Of a stretch of DNA of 64,000 nucleotides, positions 28,318 through 37,940 are shown one piece after another; the first letter of the stretch is position 1, and every line of letters begins with the position of its first letter. The translations under genes were made by a program, and so were the position numbers. The notes beneath the pieces are model-generated. The model was not told the DNA's origin, made no database searches, and worked only from the letters and a program-made list of their open reading frames with translations. The DNA is taken from contig JAJDCH010000010.1 in assembly GCA_029260905.1 (NCBI GenBank), positions 13,027 to 77,026 of the forward strand, written 5' to 3'. The stretch is from Candidatus Levyibacteriota bacterium. GTDB lineage: Bacteria; Patescibacteriota; Microgenomatia; Levybacterales; UBA12049.

Positions 28318-29010
28318 ATGTCAGAAAATAAAAAAATATATATTTTACATGGATGGGTTTATTCGACTGAAAAGTGGAAACCTTTTTTAGTTGAATTGAA
28401 AGAAAAAGGATTTGATCCAGTAGTGCTAAAAATTCCAGGACTTACTGCGCCACTTAATAAGGTTTGGACACTTGAAAATTATGTTGAGTGGTTCAATAAA
28501 GAAATAGATTCAAAAAAAGACTTAATACTTTTGGGACATTCCAATGGGGGAAGAATTTGTCTGGCTTTTGCTGCAAAATATCCTGAAAAAGTTGCAAAGT
28601 TAATTCTTATTGACAGTGCCGGTATCTATCATAATGAATTACCGATTAGAATTAAACGTCTGGTCTTTGGAACAGCAGCAAAACTTGGAAAGAAATTTTC
28701 AAATGCAAAAGTTTTTCAAAAATTGCTATATAAATTTGCAAAAGAACATGATTACGAAAAGGCAGATCCGATTGTGAAAAAAACAATGGTCAACTTAATA
28801 AAGATTGATCTTCGTGATAGACTTAAAAATCTAGAAGCTAAGACTTTGATTATTTGGGGAAGTATAGACAGGATAACACCAGTTGAAGATGGGGTATTAA
28901 TGAAAGAAAAAATTAAAAATTCAATTATTGAGATTGTTGATGGAGCAAAGCATTCACCAATGTTTACGCATTCTGAAGTAGTTGCAGAAATAATTTATAA
29001 AAACTTATGA
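28318..29010 (+). CDS. alpha/beta-fold hydrolase
   Basis: Nucleophile elbow 'LLGHSNGGRI' (G-H-S-x-G). Confidence 0.7.
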   Translation: MSENKKIYILHGWVYSTEKWKPFLVELKEKGFDPVVLKIPGLTAPLNKVWTLENYVEWFNKEIDSKKDLILLGHSNGGRICLAFAAKYPEKVAKLILIDSAGIYHNELPIRIKRLVFGTAAKLGKKFSNAKVFQKLLYKFAKEHDYEKADPIVKKTMVNLIKIDLRDRLKNLEAKTLIIWGSIDRITPVEDGVLMKEKIKNSIIEIVDGAKHSPMFTHSEVVAEIIYKNL

Positions 29011-30233
29011 ATATTTTTAATTCGCTTGGTTCAAATTATGATTTTTCTACAGCTATAAAGATATTATTTGCTAGTAATGATAAAGAATACTCAGAGAAGC
29101 TTAAGAGCGTTCTGCAACAAAGATACAAGGGTGAAGCGGAGGTTTTTTATAAAGGACGAGACGCGTTAAGGATGGCTTTGAGGATAATTAATAAAAAAGG
29201 TTCAAGTGTTGGGATTTGTGGATTTACATGTTTTGCAGTTTATGATTCTGTTGTCAAAGAAGGATATGAGCCTATCCTTTTGGATATCGAGAGAAATAAT
29301 TTAAATTTTTCTTTTGAAACCTTTGAAAAAGCAGTTGCAGATAATCCTGAGCTTAAGGTTTTGATAATTCAAAATACTCTTGGATTCGTAGCTAATATTG
29401 AAAAAATTTCAAAATTGTGCAGAGAGAAAAAAATACTACTTATTGAAGATCTTGCTCATTCAATTGGATCAACTTATGAAAATGAAAAAGAAGCAGGGAC
29501 TGTTGGTGATTTTACAATCCTTTCTTTTAGTCAGGACAAAATGATTGATGGGGTAACTGGTGGCGGTTTAATAGTAAGAAATTTGGCATTAAAGAATAAA
29601 AATTTAACTTTTAAAAAGTTGGATTTTAAGGCGCAATTAAGAGACAGATTGTATCCTTTTTTTACTTTTAAAATTAGAAAAACTTACGGTTTGGGAATTG
29701 GCAAACTTATCCATTTTATTTTGAAGAACTTAAACCTACTATCAAATCCAATGGATAATACTCGTCCCGACACTTTTTCAGGAGTTGAAGAAATGCTTGA
29801 GCTTCCGAGTTGGTACTGTAAGCATATTCTCGATGAGTTCATAAACATTGAAAAAAACTTAAGCTATAGAAGAGAAATAGCAAAAGTTTATAGCGACAAT
29901 CTTGACAAAAGACTTCTTATGTCAAATGTTGTTGCAGGTGTTAATAATTCTACTTGCTTGAGGTTTCCGATTTTTATTGAAAAAAGACAAGAGCTAATCA
30001 GTTTTTTAAACAAATCAGGTGTATATGTATCAGATATTTGGTATGATGCGCCAATTGCACCAAAAAAATATATGGAAAAAACAGATTACAAAATTGGTGA
30101 GTGTCCCAATTCTGAAGTAGTCGCAAGTGCAATACTAAATCTGCCAACACATAGAAACGTTTCGCTAAAGGATGCAAGGCAGATTTCTGATAAGATAAAT
30201 TTGTGGTTAAAAAATGAACAGAATTATATATAA
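29007..30233 (+). CDS. DegT/DnrJ/EryC1/StrS-family PLP sugar aminotransferase
   Basis: 'SFSQDKMIDGVTGGGLIV' is the DegT-family Lys motif region. Confidence 0.8.
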   Translation: MNIFNSLGSNYDFSTAIKILFASNDKEYSEKLKSVLQQRYKGEAEVFYKGRDALRMALRIINKKGSSVGICGFTCFAVYDSVVKEGYEPILLDIERNNLNFSFETFEKAVADNPELKVLIIQNTLGFVANIEKISKLCREKKILLIEDLAHSIGSTYENEKEAGTVGDFTILSFSQDKMIDGVTGGGLIVRNLALKNKNLTFKKLDFKAQLRDRLYPFFTFKIRKTYGLGIGKLIHFILKNLNLLSNPMDNTRPDTFSGVEEMLELPSWYCKHILDEFINIEKNLSYRREIAKVYSDNLDKRLLMSNVVAGVNNSTCLRFPIFIEKRQELISFLNKSGVYVSDIWYDAPIAPKKYMEKTDYKIGECPNSEVVASAILNLPTHRNVSLKDARQISDKINLWLKNEQNYI

Positions 30234-30258
30234 AATATAAATCCAAGCAAATTGCATT

Positions 30259-31278
30259 ATGATAGTTGTCAAAGAGGTTGAAGATAAAAAAGAGTGGGAA
30301 GATTTTATTTACCAAAATCCAGATGCCAATTTTTTGCAGTCTTGGCATTTTGGAGAATTTCATAAAAGTCTTGGAAAAGAGGTAGAAAGAATTGGATTTT
30401 TTGATGAAAATAAATTAATCGGTGTGATGCAGGCAGTTATAGAGAATGCAAAAAGAGGAAGGTATATGACTATTTCTGGCGGACCGATAATTGATTGGAA
30501 GAACAAGTCACTTGTTAAATTAGTTTTTACTAAAGTAAAAAATATAGCAGGGGAGAAGAAATGTGTATTTGTCCGAGTAAGGCCACAGTTAATTGAAGAT
30601 GATTATACCCAAAAAGTTTTTGCTGATAATGGTTTGCAAAAATCGCAAATGCATTTAACAGCAGATCTTACTTATCAGCTTGATATTACAAAAACAGAAG
30701 ACGAGCTTCTGGCAGGTATGCGAAAGGCAACAAGGTATGAAATTAGAAAGGCGATAAAAGAAGAAATAAAAATTACTAAATCACAAGACCCAAAAGATGT
30801 AAAAGAATTTTATGATATACAACTTGAAACAGCAAAAAGGCAAAAGTTTGTCCCTTTTTCATATAAGTTTTTTTATGAGCAATTTAAAACATTTTTCAAT
30901 GAAGACAAAGCGATTTTATATAGAGCCTACTTTGAAAAAAAATTACTAGCTGGTGCATTTATAATTTTTTATAATAATGAAGCAGTATATCATTATGGAG
31001 TTGGAACAGAAGAGGGAAGAAGGCATCCGGGTGCATATCTTATACAATGGGAGGCAATAAAAGAGGCTAAGAGTAGAGGCTTAAAGCACTATAATTTTTG
31101 GGGTGTAGCGCCTGTTGATGCCAAAAATCATAGATTTTATGGTGTAAGTATTTTCAAAAGAGGGTTTGGAGGAGAAGATGTGCAGTATCTTCATGCGCAT
31201 GATTTAGTAATAAAAAGATTTTTGTATCTTATAAATTATTTGATAGAAAGGATAAGAAAAAAAATAAGAAAAGTCTAG
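30259..31278 (+). CDS. FemAB-family peptidoglycan peptidyltransferase, aminoacyl-tRNA dependent
   Basis: 'HYGVGTEEGRRHPGAYLIQWEAIKEAKSRGLKHYNFWGV...FKRGFGGEDVQY' matches the FemAB/FemX C-terminal consensus. Confidence 0.7.
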   Translation: MIVVKEVEDKKEWEDFIYQNPDANFLQSWHFGEFHKSLGKEVERIGFFDENKLIGVMQAVIENAKRGRYMTISGGPIIDWKNKSLVKLVFTKVKNIAGEKKCVFVRVRPQLIEDDYTQKVFADNGLQKSQMHLTADLTYQLDITKTEDELLAGMRKATRYEIRKAIKEEIKITKSQDPKDVKEFYDIQLETAKRQKFVPFSYKFFYEQFKTFFNEDKAILYRAYFEKKLLAGAFIIFYNNEAVYHYGVGTEEGRRHPGAYLIQWEAIKEAKSRGLKHYNFWGVAPVDAKNHRFYGVSIFKRGFGGEDVQYLHAHDLVIKRFLYLINYLIERIRKKIRKV

Positions 31279-31279
31279 A

Positions 31280-32575
31280 TTACAAAATATCTTCCTTTTC
31301 TTCCTCATTTATTTCAGGGCTGATTAGAAAACCTTTTAAGTCAATTCTTCCGATAATCATTTGGTATTTTAGATGAGATCTGTCAACAAGCGAAACCGTG
31401 GTGTTAATTTTTTTTCCAGCTAGAAGAAATGAAATATCTGAAGTTGGTCTGTAGGCTTTTCCGCTTGCTGATTCTATATAAACTTTTTTCTTGCCAATTT
31501 CTAGACCAATTTTGTCTGCAAAGTTTTTGTCAATTGATGATCTAAATGCTCCAGTATCAAGTTTTGCTTTTATTTCTTTGTAACCACCTGCATATTTGAC
31601 TTGAACTGGAAATATTACAGGAAGAACTTTGGGTGAAGTAGATACTTTTTCAGAAAAGCTCTCTGAAAAAAGGGTTTTGGCCAGATGTAGCCCTTTTTCT
31701 GGTGATGTGACTTCCATGTCTTCAATTCTTTCAAGACGAGTTCTTAAAGATTTAAGATTTGCATTTTGAATTTGAAGACCAGGTCTAGCATTTAATTCAA
31801 GAATAAGCGGACCTTTTTTGGCATCAATTACAATATCAACTCCTGCAAAACCAAGCTTTATGGCATTTTGAGCACGGGATGCAAGAAGTAATACATTGTC
31901 CCAATCAGGCAATTTTATACCTGCGATTTTCCTTTTTGTAAATGGAAATTTGTAAATAAGTCTTGAATTGTCAGTCGCGCTTGTTGTTATTCCTGTTGAT
32001 ATGTCTATTCCCGCAGCCAATGCGCCAAGGTGGATGTTTGCTTTTCCGTCTGATTCTTCTGTGGGAATTCTGATCATAGCCATAATTGGTACTTGTTTGA
32101 ATACAATTATACGGATATCTGCAAGCCCCACAGGCGCAATTTTTTTAAAAAAAGAATGTTGATTAACGATGTCTTCGATAAATGCGACATCTGGAAGATA
32201 TTGAAGCGAGAATGCTCCATCGATTATGTCAAAAATATGAGATTCTAATTTTTTAACATCAAAAACCTCATTGTTTATTGTTGTTCCTTTTCCAAATTTC
32301 CAATTTTTGAAAGCCAATATTCCAGATCCTCCATATCCTCTTGATGGTTTTACCGCAAAACCTGTTTCTGGAAGTTTTCTCCAAATAAAATTTCTTACAT
32401 CAGCTCTTGTCTTAAAGGATGCAAACAATTTTGGAGTTGGGATGTTATGTCTGGTAAGTACTTCTTTCGTCTTCAATTTATCATCAGCAATTCTTTTTGC
32501 TGAAGGTTTATTGTAGGGGCGGATATATAGAAAGTTTCGGGCGTTCATGCCCAAGACGGTTTTACTTATTGCCAT
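31280..32575 (-). CDS. RimK-like ATP-grasp amidoligase of the alpha-L-glutamate-ligase-related family, fused to a C-terminal retropepsin-like clan-AA (DTGA) domain
   Basis: N-terminus 'MNARNFLYIRPYNKPSAKRIADDKLKTKEVLTRHNIPTPKL' (RLAN/ATP-grasp). C-terminus 'KAKLDTGAFRSSIDKNFADKIGL', which has the D-T-G-A aspartic protease motif. Confidence 0.65.
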   Translation of the reverse strand: MAISKTVLGMNARNFLYIRPYNKPSAKRIADDKLKTKEVLTRHNIPTPKLFASFKTRADVRNFIWRKLPETGFAVKPSRGYGGSGILAFKNWKFGKGTTINNEVFDVKKLESHIFDIIDGAFSLQYLPDVAFIEDIVNQHSFFKKIAPVGLADIRIIVFKQVPIMAMIRIPTEESDGKANIHLGALAAGIDISTGITTSATDNSRLIYKFPFTKRKIAGIKLPDWDNVLLLASRAQNAIKLGFAGVDIVIDAKKGPLILELNARPGLQIQNANLKSLRTRLERIEDMEVTSPEKGLHLAKTLFSESFSEKVSTSPKVLPVIFPVQVKYAGGYKEIKAKLDTGAFRSSIDKNFADKIGLEIGKKKVYIESASGKAYRPTSDISFLLAGKKINTTVSLVDRSHLKYQMIIGRIDLKGFLISPEINEEEKEDIL

Positions 32576-33461
32576 GTTTTAGTATTGGTTTAAATCTTAA
32601 GTACTCTGTAATTCGAAGTCCAAAGTAGCGGCCAATAATTATATTAGCAGGTATAAGAAGTAGGATAAATTCTGGATAAAGAAGGATAAGTGTTCTGAGT
32701 TGCTGCCATGACAAAAGAAGAAAGCCCAATATTCCCAGAACAAGAGTAATTAGCGTTGTTTGAATAGTTTCTTCAAGCTCTCTTTCAAGAAAAAGAGTTA
32801 CTATTCTGTCACTTAAAAGAATTAATAAAAGAACAGGAAAAATAGATAAATTTCGAACGTCAATAATGCCATACACAGAACTTATTGTAAGAGCGCTTAA
32901 GAGAAGTATTGCAACAACTAGCATAGAAAGAGCAGTTTTGGGCATTTGCATAATGCGTATTTTTTTAAGTATTGATCTTGAAACAAAGGATGCAAAAAGA
33001 ATAGTTGCAAGCATTATAAGTCCAGGTGTCACACCTGTTGCAAGAAGAGTGATCGAAAGGGCGATTGGAACAAGGAGCCCAATGCCTGATAATCCAATTA
33101 TGTATCTAAATCCAACAACAATTGTTGCTAGAACAGGAAGAAGAAGAATAAGAATAATTGTGTTGGTTGGAACACCTGCCCTTGCTGCGTATTGGACAGC
33201 AAACGGTGCAAAGTTGGTTATTGTTAATTTTTCAACTCTTCTTTTTTCAAAAAGCGAGGTAAGCACTTCTTCTTTTTCTGTATCTTCCTCTGGTTGAGTA
33301 ATATCTTTAGCCTCTTCATCTCCTTCTTTATTTTTTGCTGATTGAGTTGCCTGGCGGGCAGCTTCGCTTGCTGCAGTTGGTGGATCCAAAGTTTGGGCAA
33401 TTGCTAGGGTTGGACTAAGCAGTGTGAGTAAGGTAAGTAAAATTATTATTAAAATTTTCAT
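32562..33461 (-). CDS. 7-transmembrane protein with a signal peptide; the partner of the ATP-grasp system
   Basis: Signal peptide 'MKILIIILLTLLTLLSPTLAIA', an acidic extracellular segment of about 70 aa, then 7 predicted transmembrane helices. It overlaps the downstream ATP-grasp gene by 14 nt. Confidence 0.55.
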   Translation of the reverse strand: MKILIIILLTLLTLLSPTLAIAQTLDPPTAASEAARQATQSAKNKEGDEEAKDITQPEEDTEKEEVLTSLFEKRRVEKLTITNFAPFAVQYAARAGVPTNTIILILLLPVLATIVVGFRYIIGLSGIGLLVPIALSITLLATGVTPGLIMLATILFASFVSRSILKKIRIMQMPKTALSMLVVAILLLSALTISSVYGIIDVRNLSIFPVLLLILLSDRIVTLFLERELEETIQTTLITLVLGILGFLLLSWQQLRTLILLYPEFILLLIPANIIIGRYFGLRITEYLRFKPILKHGNK

Positions 33462-33521
33462 TTATTTATTTTATCTGATCTACTTTAGATTGTATATCTT
33501 TATTTTTTATAAAAATATTTT

Positions 33522-33607
33522 TGGTGCCGAGAGAGGGATTCGAACCCTCACGAGTTTGAGCTCAAAGGTTTTTGAGACCTTCGTGTCTACCATTCCACCA
33601 CCTCGGC
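33522..33607 (-). tRNA. tRNA-Leu(CAA), a class II tRNA with a long variable arm and an encoded CCA
   Basis: Reverse complement GCCGAGGTGGTGGAATGGTAGACACGAAGGTCTCAAAAACCTTTGAGCTCAAACTCGTGAGGGTTCGAATCCCTCTCTCGGCACCA. The acceptor, D, anticodon (loop CTCAAAA, anticodon CAA) and T arms all fold. Confidence 0.8.
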
Positions 33608-33757
33608 TAGTCGCAACTTGATTCTAGACTTGGTCCAAATTGCGTTTGGATATTAGGCATTTCATCGGTTGTTCATCTTAAAAAGCTATGTATTTTGTAA
33701 TCAAAAAAAGAATCATCATGCTTGAAATTAGCGTTCTACTATTATATACTTGATCGG

Positions 33758-34723
33758 ATGACTATTCAACAGATTTACGATTTAGCAATTGAAATGGCTA
33801 TTAAGTCGGATCCAAGGGGAGAGAAGGCCATGAAAAAACTTCTTGATAAAACCGCAAAAGACTTCAAGGAACTTTCAGAAAAAAAGAAAAAATATTTTGA
33901 TTCAGAATCGCTAAGAAATCCATATTCAGATTCTAGAATTCTTTATGGAAAACCTGACAAAGAGATAAAAAAAATTCTTGCTGGAATTGATGTTGATGGG
34001 ACAGAAATTCTTCTTGCAGATAGACTAAATCAAAAAGGCAAAAATATAGATGTAGTAGTGGGGCATCACCCATCAGGGAATGCTTATGCGAGCCTACATG
34101 AAGTAATGGACTTACAAGTTGAGACTTATGCTGGAGCAGGCGTGCCAATAAATATAGCTCATGCTCTAATGACTGAGAGAATGATAGATATAAAAAGAAA
34201 AATTCATCCTGCAAATCACAATCAGACAATTGATACGGCAAGACTATTGGATATTCCCTTCGTTGCAATGCATACATTTTGGGACAATTTAGGAAATAAG
34301 TTTATGGAAGATTATCTTGGGAAGCGAAAATATGATACTGTGGGAGAAATTTTTGATTATTTGATGGAAATTCCTGAATATATTGAAGCAGCAAGGGGTA
34401 AGGCAGGCCCGCTTATTATTTCAGGAAGTAGTGATAGTAGAGTAGGTAAGATAGGAATATTTTTTACTGGAGGTACAAATCCATCAAAGGAGATGTATGT
34501 TGAGCTGGCAAAATCGGGTGTTGGAACTGTTGTTGATATGCATATGCCAGAGGATGCTGTAAAGGAGATGAAGAAAAGACACGTAAACGTTATTAATACT
34601 GGGCATATGTCCAGTGATTCAATTGGAGCAAATATTTTTTTCGATGAACTGGAAGAAAAAGAAATAGAAGTTATTCCATGCTCTGGATTTATCCGCGTAA
34701 AAAGAAAGGGAAAAAATAAATGA
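33758..34723 (+). CDS. Nif3-family dinuclear metal-centre protein (YqfO / GTP cyclohydrolase 1 type 2 homologue)
   Basis: 'VVVGHHPSG', 'HTFWDNLG' and other NIF3 motifs. The start is chosen at the internal Met; the ORF extends to 33722 with TTG. Confidence 0.7.
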   Translation: MTIQQIYDLAIEMAIKSDPRGEKAMKKLLDKTAKDFKELSEKKKKYFDSESLRNPYSDSRILYGKPDKEIKKILAGIDVDGTEILLADRLNQKGKNIDVVVGHHPSGNAYASLHEVMDLQVETYAGAGVPINIAHALMTERMIDIKRKIHPANHNQTIDTARLLDIPFVAMHTFWDNLGNKFMEDYLGKRKYDTVGEIFDYLMEIPEYIEAARGKAGPLIISGSSDSRVGKIGIFFTGGTNPSKEMYVELAKSGVGTVVDMHMPEDAVKEMKKRHVNVINTGHMSSDSIGANIFFDELEEKEIEVIPCSGFIRVKRKGKNK

Positions 34724-35274
34724 CTGGAGTTACGGATTTAAGAGCAGGAACAACATATGAAGAAAACGGTCAGTATTTTACAGTAATTTCATATGAACAT
34801 ATAAAAATGGGCAGGGGTAGCGCCAATATAAAAGTAAAGGTAAGAAATATAAAAACAGGATCAACAACGGAAAAAAGCTACATAAATGGAGCAAAGATAA
34901 ATACAGTTCCTCTAAGTAAAAAGGATATGCAATATCTTTATAAAGATGATTCAGATGTTTTTTTTATGGATCCAGCAACTTTTGAACAGGTAAGTATCTC
35001 TTTAAAGCTTGTTTCAGGTCATATGTTTCTTAAAGAAGGAGAGAGCTTTTCTGTTAGTTTTCTTGAAGGAGCGCCTCTTGAGGTATCACTTCCATCAAAA
35101 ATGATTTTCAAGATAGCAGAAACAGCACCAGGTGCAAAGGGTAATTCTGCAACAAATGTTTTTAAGGATGCAGTGCTTGAAAATGGGGTTAAGACAAAAG
35201 TTCCTCTTTTTATAAAAATAGGAGAAGAGATTAAAATTGATACCAGAACGGGCGCATATAGTGAGAAGGCATGA
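34720..35274 (+). CDS. efp: elongation factor P
   Basis: 'LRAGTTYEENGQYFTVISYEHIKMGRGSANIKVKVRNIKTG' is the EF-P KOW-like N-terminus. Confidence 0.9.
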   Translation: MTGVTDLRAGTTYEENGQYFTVISYEHIKMGRGSANIKVKVRNIKTGSTTEKSYINGAKINTVPLSKKDMQYLYKDDSDVFFMDPATFEQVSISLKLVSGHMFLKEGESFSVSFLEGAPLEVSLPSKMIFKIAETAPGAKGNSATNVFKDAVLENGVKTKVPLFIKIGEEIKIDTRTGAYSEKA

Positions 35275-36536
35275 ACAAAAACGCATTTTCCGCATTATCG
35301 GAGAAGCCTTTCCTAAATCTTTGGATCGGCGAAATTTTTACACAAATTCCAACTCATCTATTTAATTTTTTCCTCATCCTGATTATTTTTAATCTTACTA
35401 AATCAAATACAATAGTATCTTTTGCTGTGCTGACATTTACAGTTCCAGCGATTATTTTTGGATCAATAGCTGGTGTGTTTGTTGATAGATGGAACAAGAA
35501 AAAAGTTCTTGTAATCACCAATTTAATAAGAGCATTTTGCCTTATTTTTCTAATGTTTTTTCTTGATAATATTTTTGTAATTTTTGCTGTTTCACTTGTT
35601 GTATCTATTTTGGTTCAATTTTTTATCCCAGCTGAGATTCCAATGGTTCCACTTTCTGTATCGTCTAAAAATCTTTTTTCGGCAAATGCGCTTTTTGGTA
35701 TTGCAATTTTTGCATCAATTTTAATTGCCTATGTTTTTTCTGGATCGGTAATTTTATTAGTTGGGCAGAGAATGACTCTTTTTATTCTCGCAATTATGCT
35801 AACTATTGGTGCATTTTTTATATGGAAAATAAAACTTGCAAAAAAGGAGCAAGACTCCAAGAAATTTTCATCACCAGATGTGTTTCACGATATAAAAAAT
35901 ACATTAAAGTTAATGCAAAGTAGTAATTCAGTAACAAATTCTCTTATTCTTCTTGCGTCTTCACAGATTTTAATTCTGGTCATAGCAACAATTGCACCAG
36001 CTTACGCTACAGATATATTGAAAATAAGAGCAGAAGAGTTCCCGCTTTTATTTGCTGTTCCAGCTGCTATTGGAATGGGGGTTGGTGCTGTAATACTTGT
36101 TAATTTTTTTCAAAATAAATCAAGAGAAAAAGCAATAAATATAGGCATAGTTCTTGCTGGTTTATCTATTTTGCTTTTGCCATACTGTGCAGATATCGCT
36201 TCATTTTTTTCAATAAAGCAAGGATTATTTTTTATACCTAGTTTTTTAAATGTGACAATTATTCAGCTCGTGACAGTAGGTTTTCTGGCTTTCTTTATTG
36301 GAGTATCAAATTCTTTTGTTACAGTTCCTGCAAATACGATGCTTCAGGAAAAAACAGAAAATCGTGTCAGGGGTAAGATTTATGGACTTTTAAACATGAT
36401 TGTTGGAATCTTGTCACTTTTGCCGATCTTGATTAGTGGAGGCCTCTCAGATATAGTTGGAGTAGGTAGTGTAATAACAGCAATAGCATTATTAATTATA
36501 GCAATAGGAATTGCTAAGTTTTTTCAAAGAACATGA
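35271..36536 (+). CDS. MFS transporter
   Basis: 12 transmembrane segments and the 'GVFVDRWNKKKVL' loop motif. Confidence 0.7.
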   Translation: MNKNAFSALSEKPFLNLWIGEIFTQIPTHLFNFFLILIIFNLTKSNTIVSFAVLTFTVPAIIFGSIAGVFVDRWNKKKVLVITNLIRAFCLIFLMFFLDNIFVIFAVSLVVSILVQFFIPAEIPMVPLSVSSKNLFSANALFGIAIFASILIAYVFSGSVILLVGQRMTLFILAIMLTIGAFFIWKIKLAKKEQDSKKFSSPDVFHDIKNTLKLMQSSNSVTNSLILLASSQILILVIATIAPAYATDILKIRAEEFPLLFAVPAAIGMGVGAVILVNFFQNKSREKAINIGIVLAGLSILLLPYCADIASFFSIKQGLFFIPSFLNVTIIQLVTVGFLAFFIGVSNSFVTVPANTMLQEKTENRVRGKIYGLLNMIVGILSLLPILISGGLSDIVGVGSVITAIALLIIAIGIAKFFQRT

Positions 36537-37171
36537 TTTTTTTAGTTCAAATTCCATCATTTTTAATCTTTTTATATGTCCTCTACAAGTTAAGTAGGGA
36601 TGATTATGTTTTAATTCGAAAAAATATCTCTCAAGAGATGATTTTTGATGCTGGATTTTTGACTGTTTTGATTGGTTTTTTGGCGCCTCGCATTTTATAT
36701 TTTATATTGGTTGTTCCCGATTCAATTAAAACAATTAATTTTATGCTAAGTTCATATCTTATTGCTGCTTCTACATTTCTATATTTTATGTCACGATACA
36801 AAAAATTCCCAACATATAGAATATATGATTTCTTTACTTTATCTTTTTTGATTGCGCTTCCTTTTGGATTATTTGTTTCTGCTTTTTTCTTAGAAAATGT
36901 TTTACAGTTTTTAGTATTTGCAAGCAGTTTTATCTATTTAGTTCTTTCATTTTTATTTATGCTTTTCCTGTATCCAAGACTTATGAGAAATGATTTGAAA
37001 GAGGGGAGTATTACTATTTTTTTCTTTATTCTTTTTTCATTAATTACATATGCTTTTTTAATTATGGAGAAAGGAATGAGTCTTTCAAATTTAGTACGCG
37101 AAACACACATTCCATCGATTTTAATTCTTTTAATTAGTATATTTCTTTTAATAAAACAATCAAGAAGATAA
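36533..37171 (+). CDS. hypothetical polytopic membrane protein
   Basis: 212 aa and very hydrophobic. Confidence 0.35.
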   Translation: MIFLVQIPSFLIFLYVLYKLSRDDYVLIRKNISQEMIFDAGFLTVLIGFLAPRILYFILVVPDSIKTINFMLSSYLIAASTFLYFMSRYKKFPTYRIYDFFTLSFLIALPFGLFVSAFFLENVLQFLVFASSFIYLVLSFLFMLFLYPRLMRNDLKEGSITIFFFILFSLITYAFLIMEKGMSLSNLVRETHIPSILILLISIFLLIKQSRR

Positions 37172-37174
37172 TTT

Positions 37175-37909
37175 ATGAAAATACCAGTAATTTATGAGGA
37201 TGATGATTTTATGGTGGTTAATAAACCCGCTGGAATAACTGTAAATAAATCAGAAACAACCGTTAATCAGGATACAGTTCAAGAATGGGCTGAAGAAAAG
37301 TTAGAAATCAAAAATCAGAAATCAAATGAAGAGGAAGCTCATGATTTTTATAAAAGAGGGGGGATTGTACACAGACTTGATAAAGAAACTTCTGGAATTT
37401 TATTAATTGCAAAAAACCCTCAAGTATTTGAAAATCTGCAAAAACAATTTAAAGAAAGATTTGTAAAAAAAGTTTATCTTTCACTTGCTCATGGTAAGAT
37501 TGTTCCTGAAGAAGGTGAGATAAATGTACCAGTTGGTAGATTGCCTTGGAGTAGAAAGCAGTTTGGAATATTACCAGGAGGCAGAGAATCAAAAACTTTG
37601 TATAAGGTTATAGAATATTTTGAAAATCCAAGAACAAAGGAGATTTTATCTCTGGTGGAGCTTTATCCTCATTCCGGTCGAACACATCAGATAAGGGTTC
37701 ATTTAAAATATATAAATCATCCTGTATTTTCTGATTTTCTTTATGCAGGAAGAAAAACATCAAAAAAAGATAGGAAAGTTTTACCTCGTGTTTTTCTTCA
37801 TGCTGCAAAGATAATGATTAATCATCCAATTAAGGGGGAAAGCATGAGTTTTGAATCTCCATTAACTGATGAGTTGAAAAGTTTTATATCTTCAATGAAA
37901 AAAATTTAG
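37175..37909 (+). CDS. RluA-family pseudouridine synthase
   Basis: 'GIVHRLDKETSGILLIAK' contains the catalytic Asp motif. Confidence 0.8.
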   Translation: MKIPVIYEDDDFMVVNKPAGITVNKSETTVNQDTVQEWAEEKLEIKNQKSNEEEAHDFYKRGGIVHRLDKETSGILLIAKNPQVFENLQKQFKERFVKKVYLSLAHGKIVPEEGEINVPVGRLPWSRKQFGILPGGRESKTLYKVIEYFENPRTKEILSLVELYPHSGRTHQIRVHLKYINHPVFSDFLYAGRKTSKKDRKVLPRVFLHAAKIMINHPIKGESMSFESPLTDELKSFISSMKKI

Positions 37910-37940
37910 GATTTCTAGAAGATGATATGCTAAATAAAAT

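Noticed and set aside
33424-33621. ORF of 65 aa on the plus strand.
   Set aside because: It overlaps the tRNA-Leu gene and the 5' end of the 7TM gene on the opposite strand. It is a spurious AT-rich ORF.
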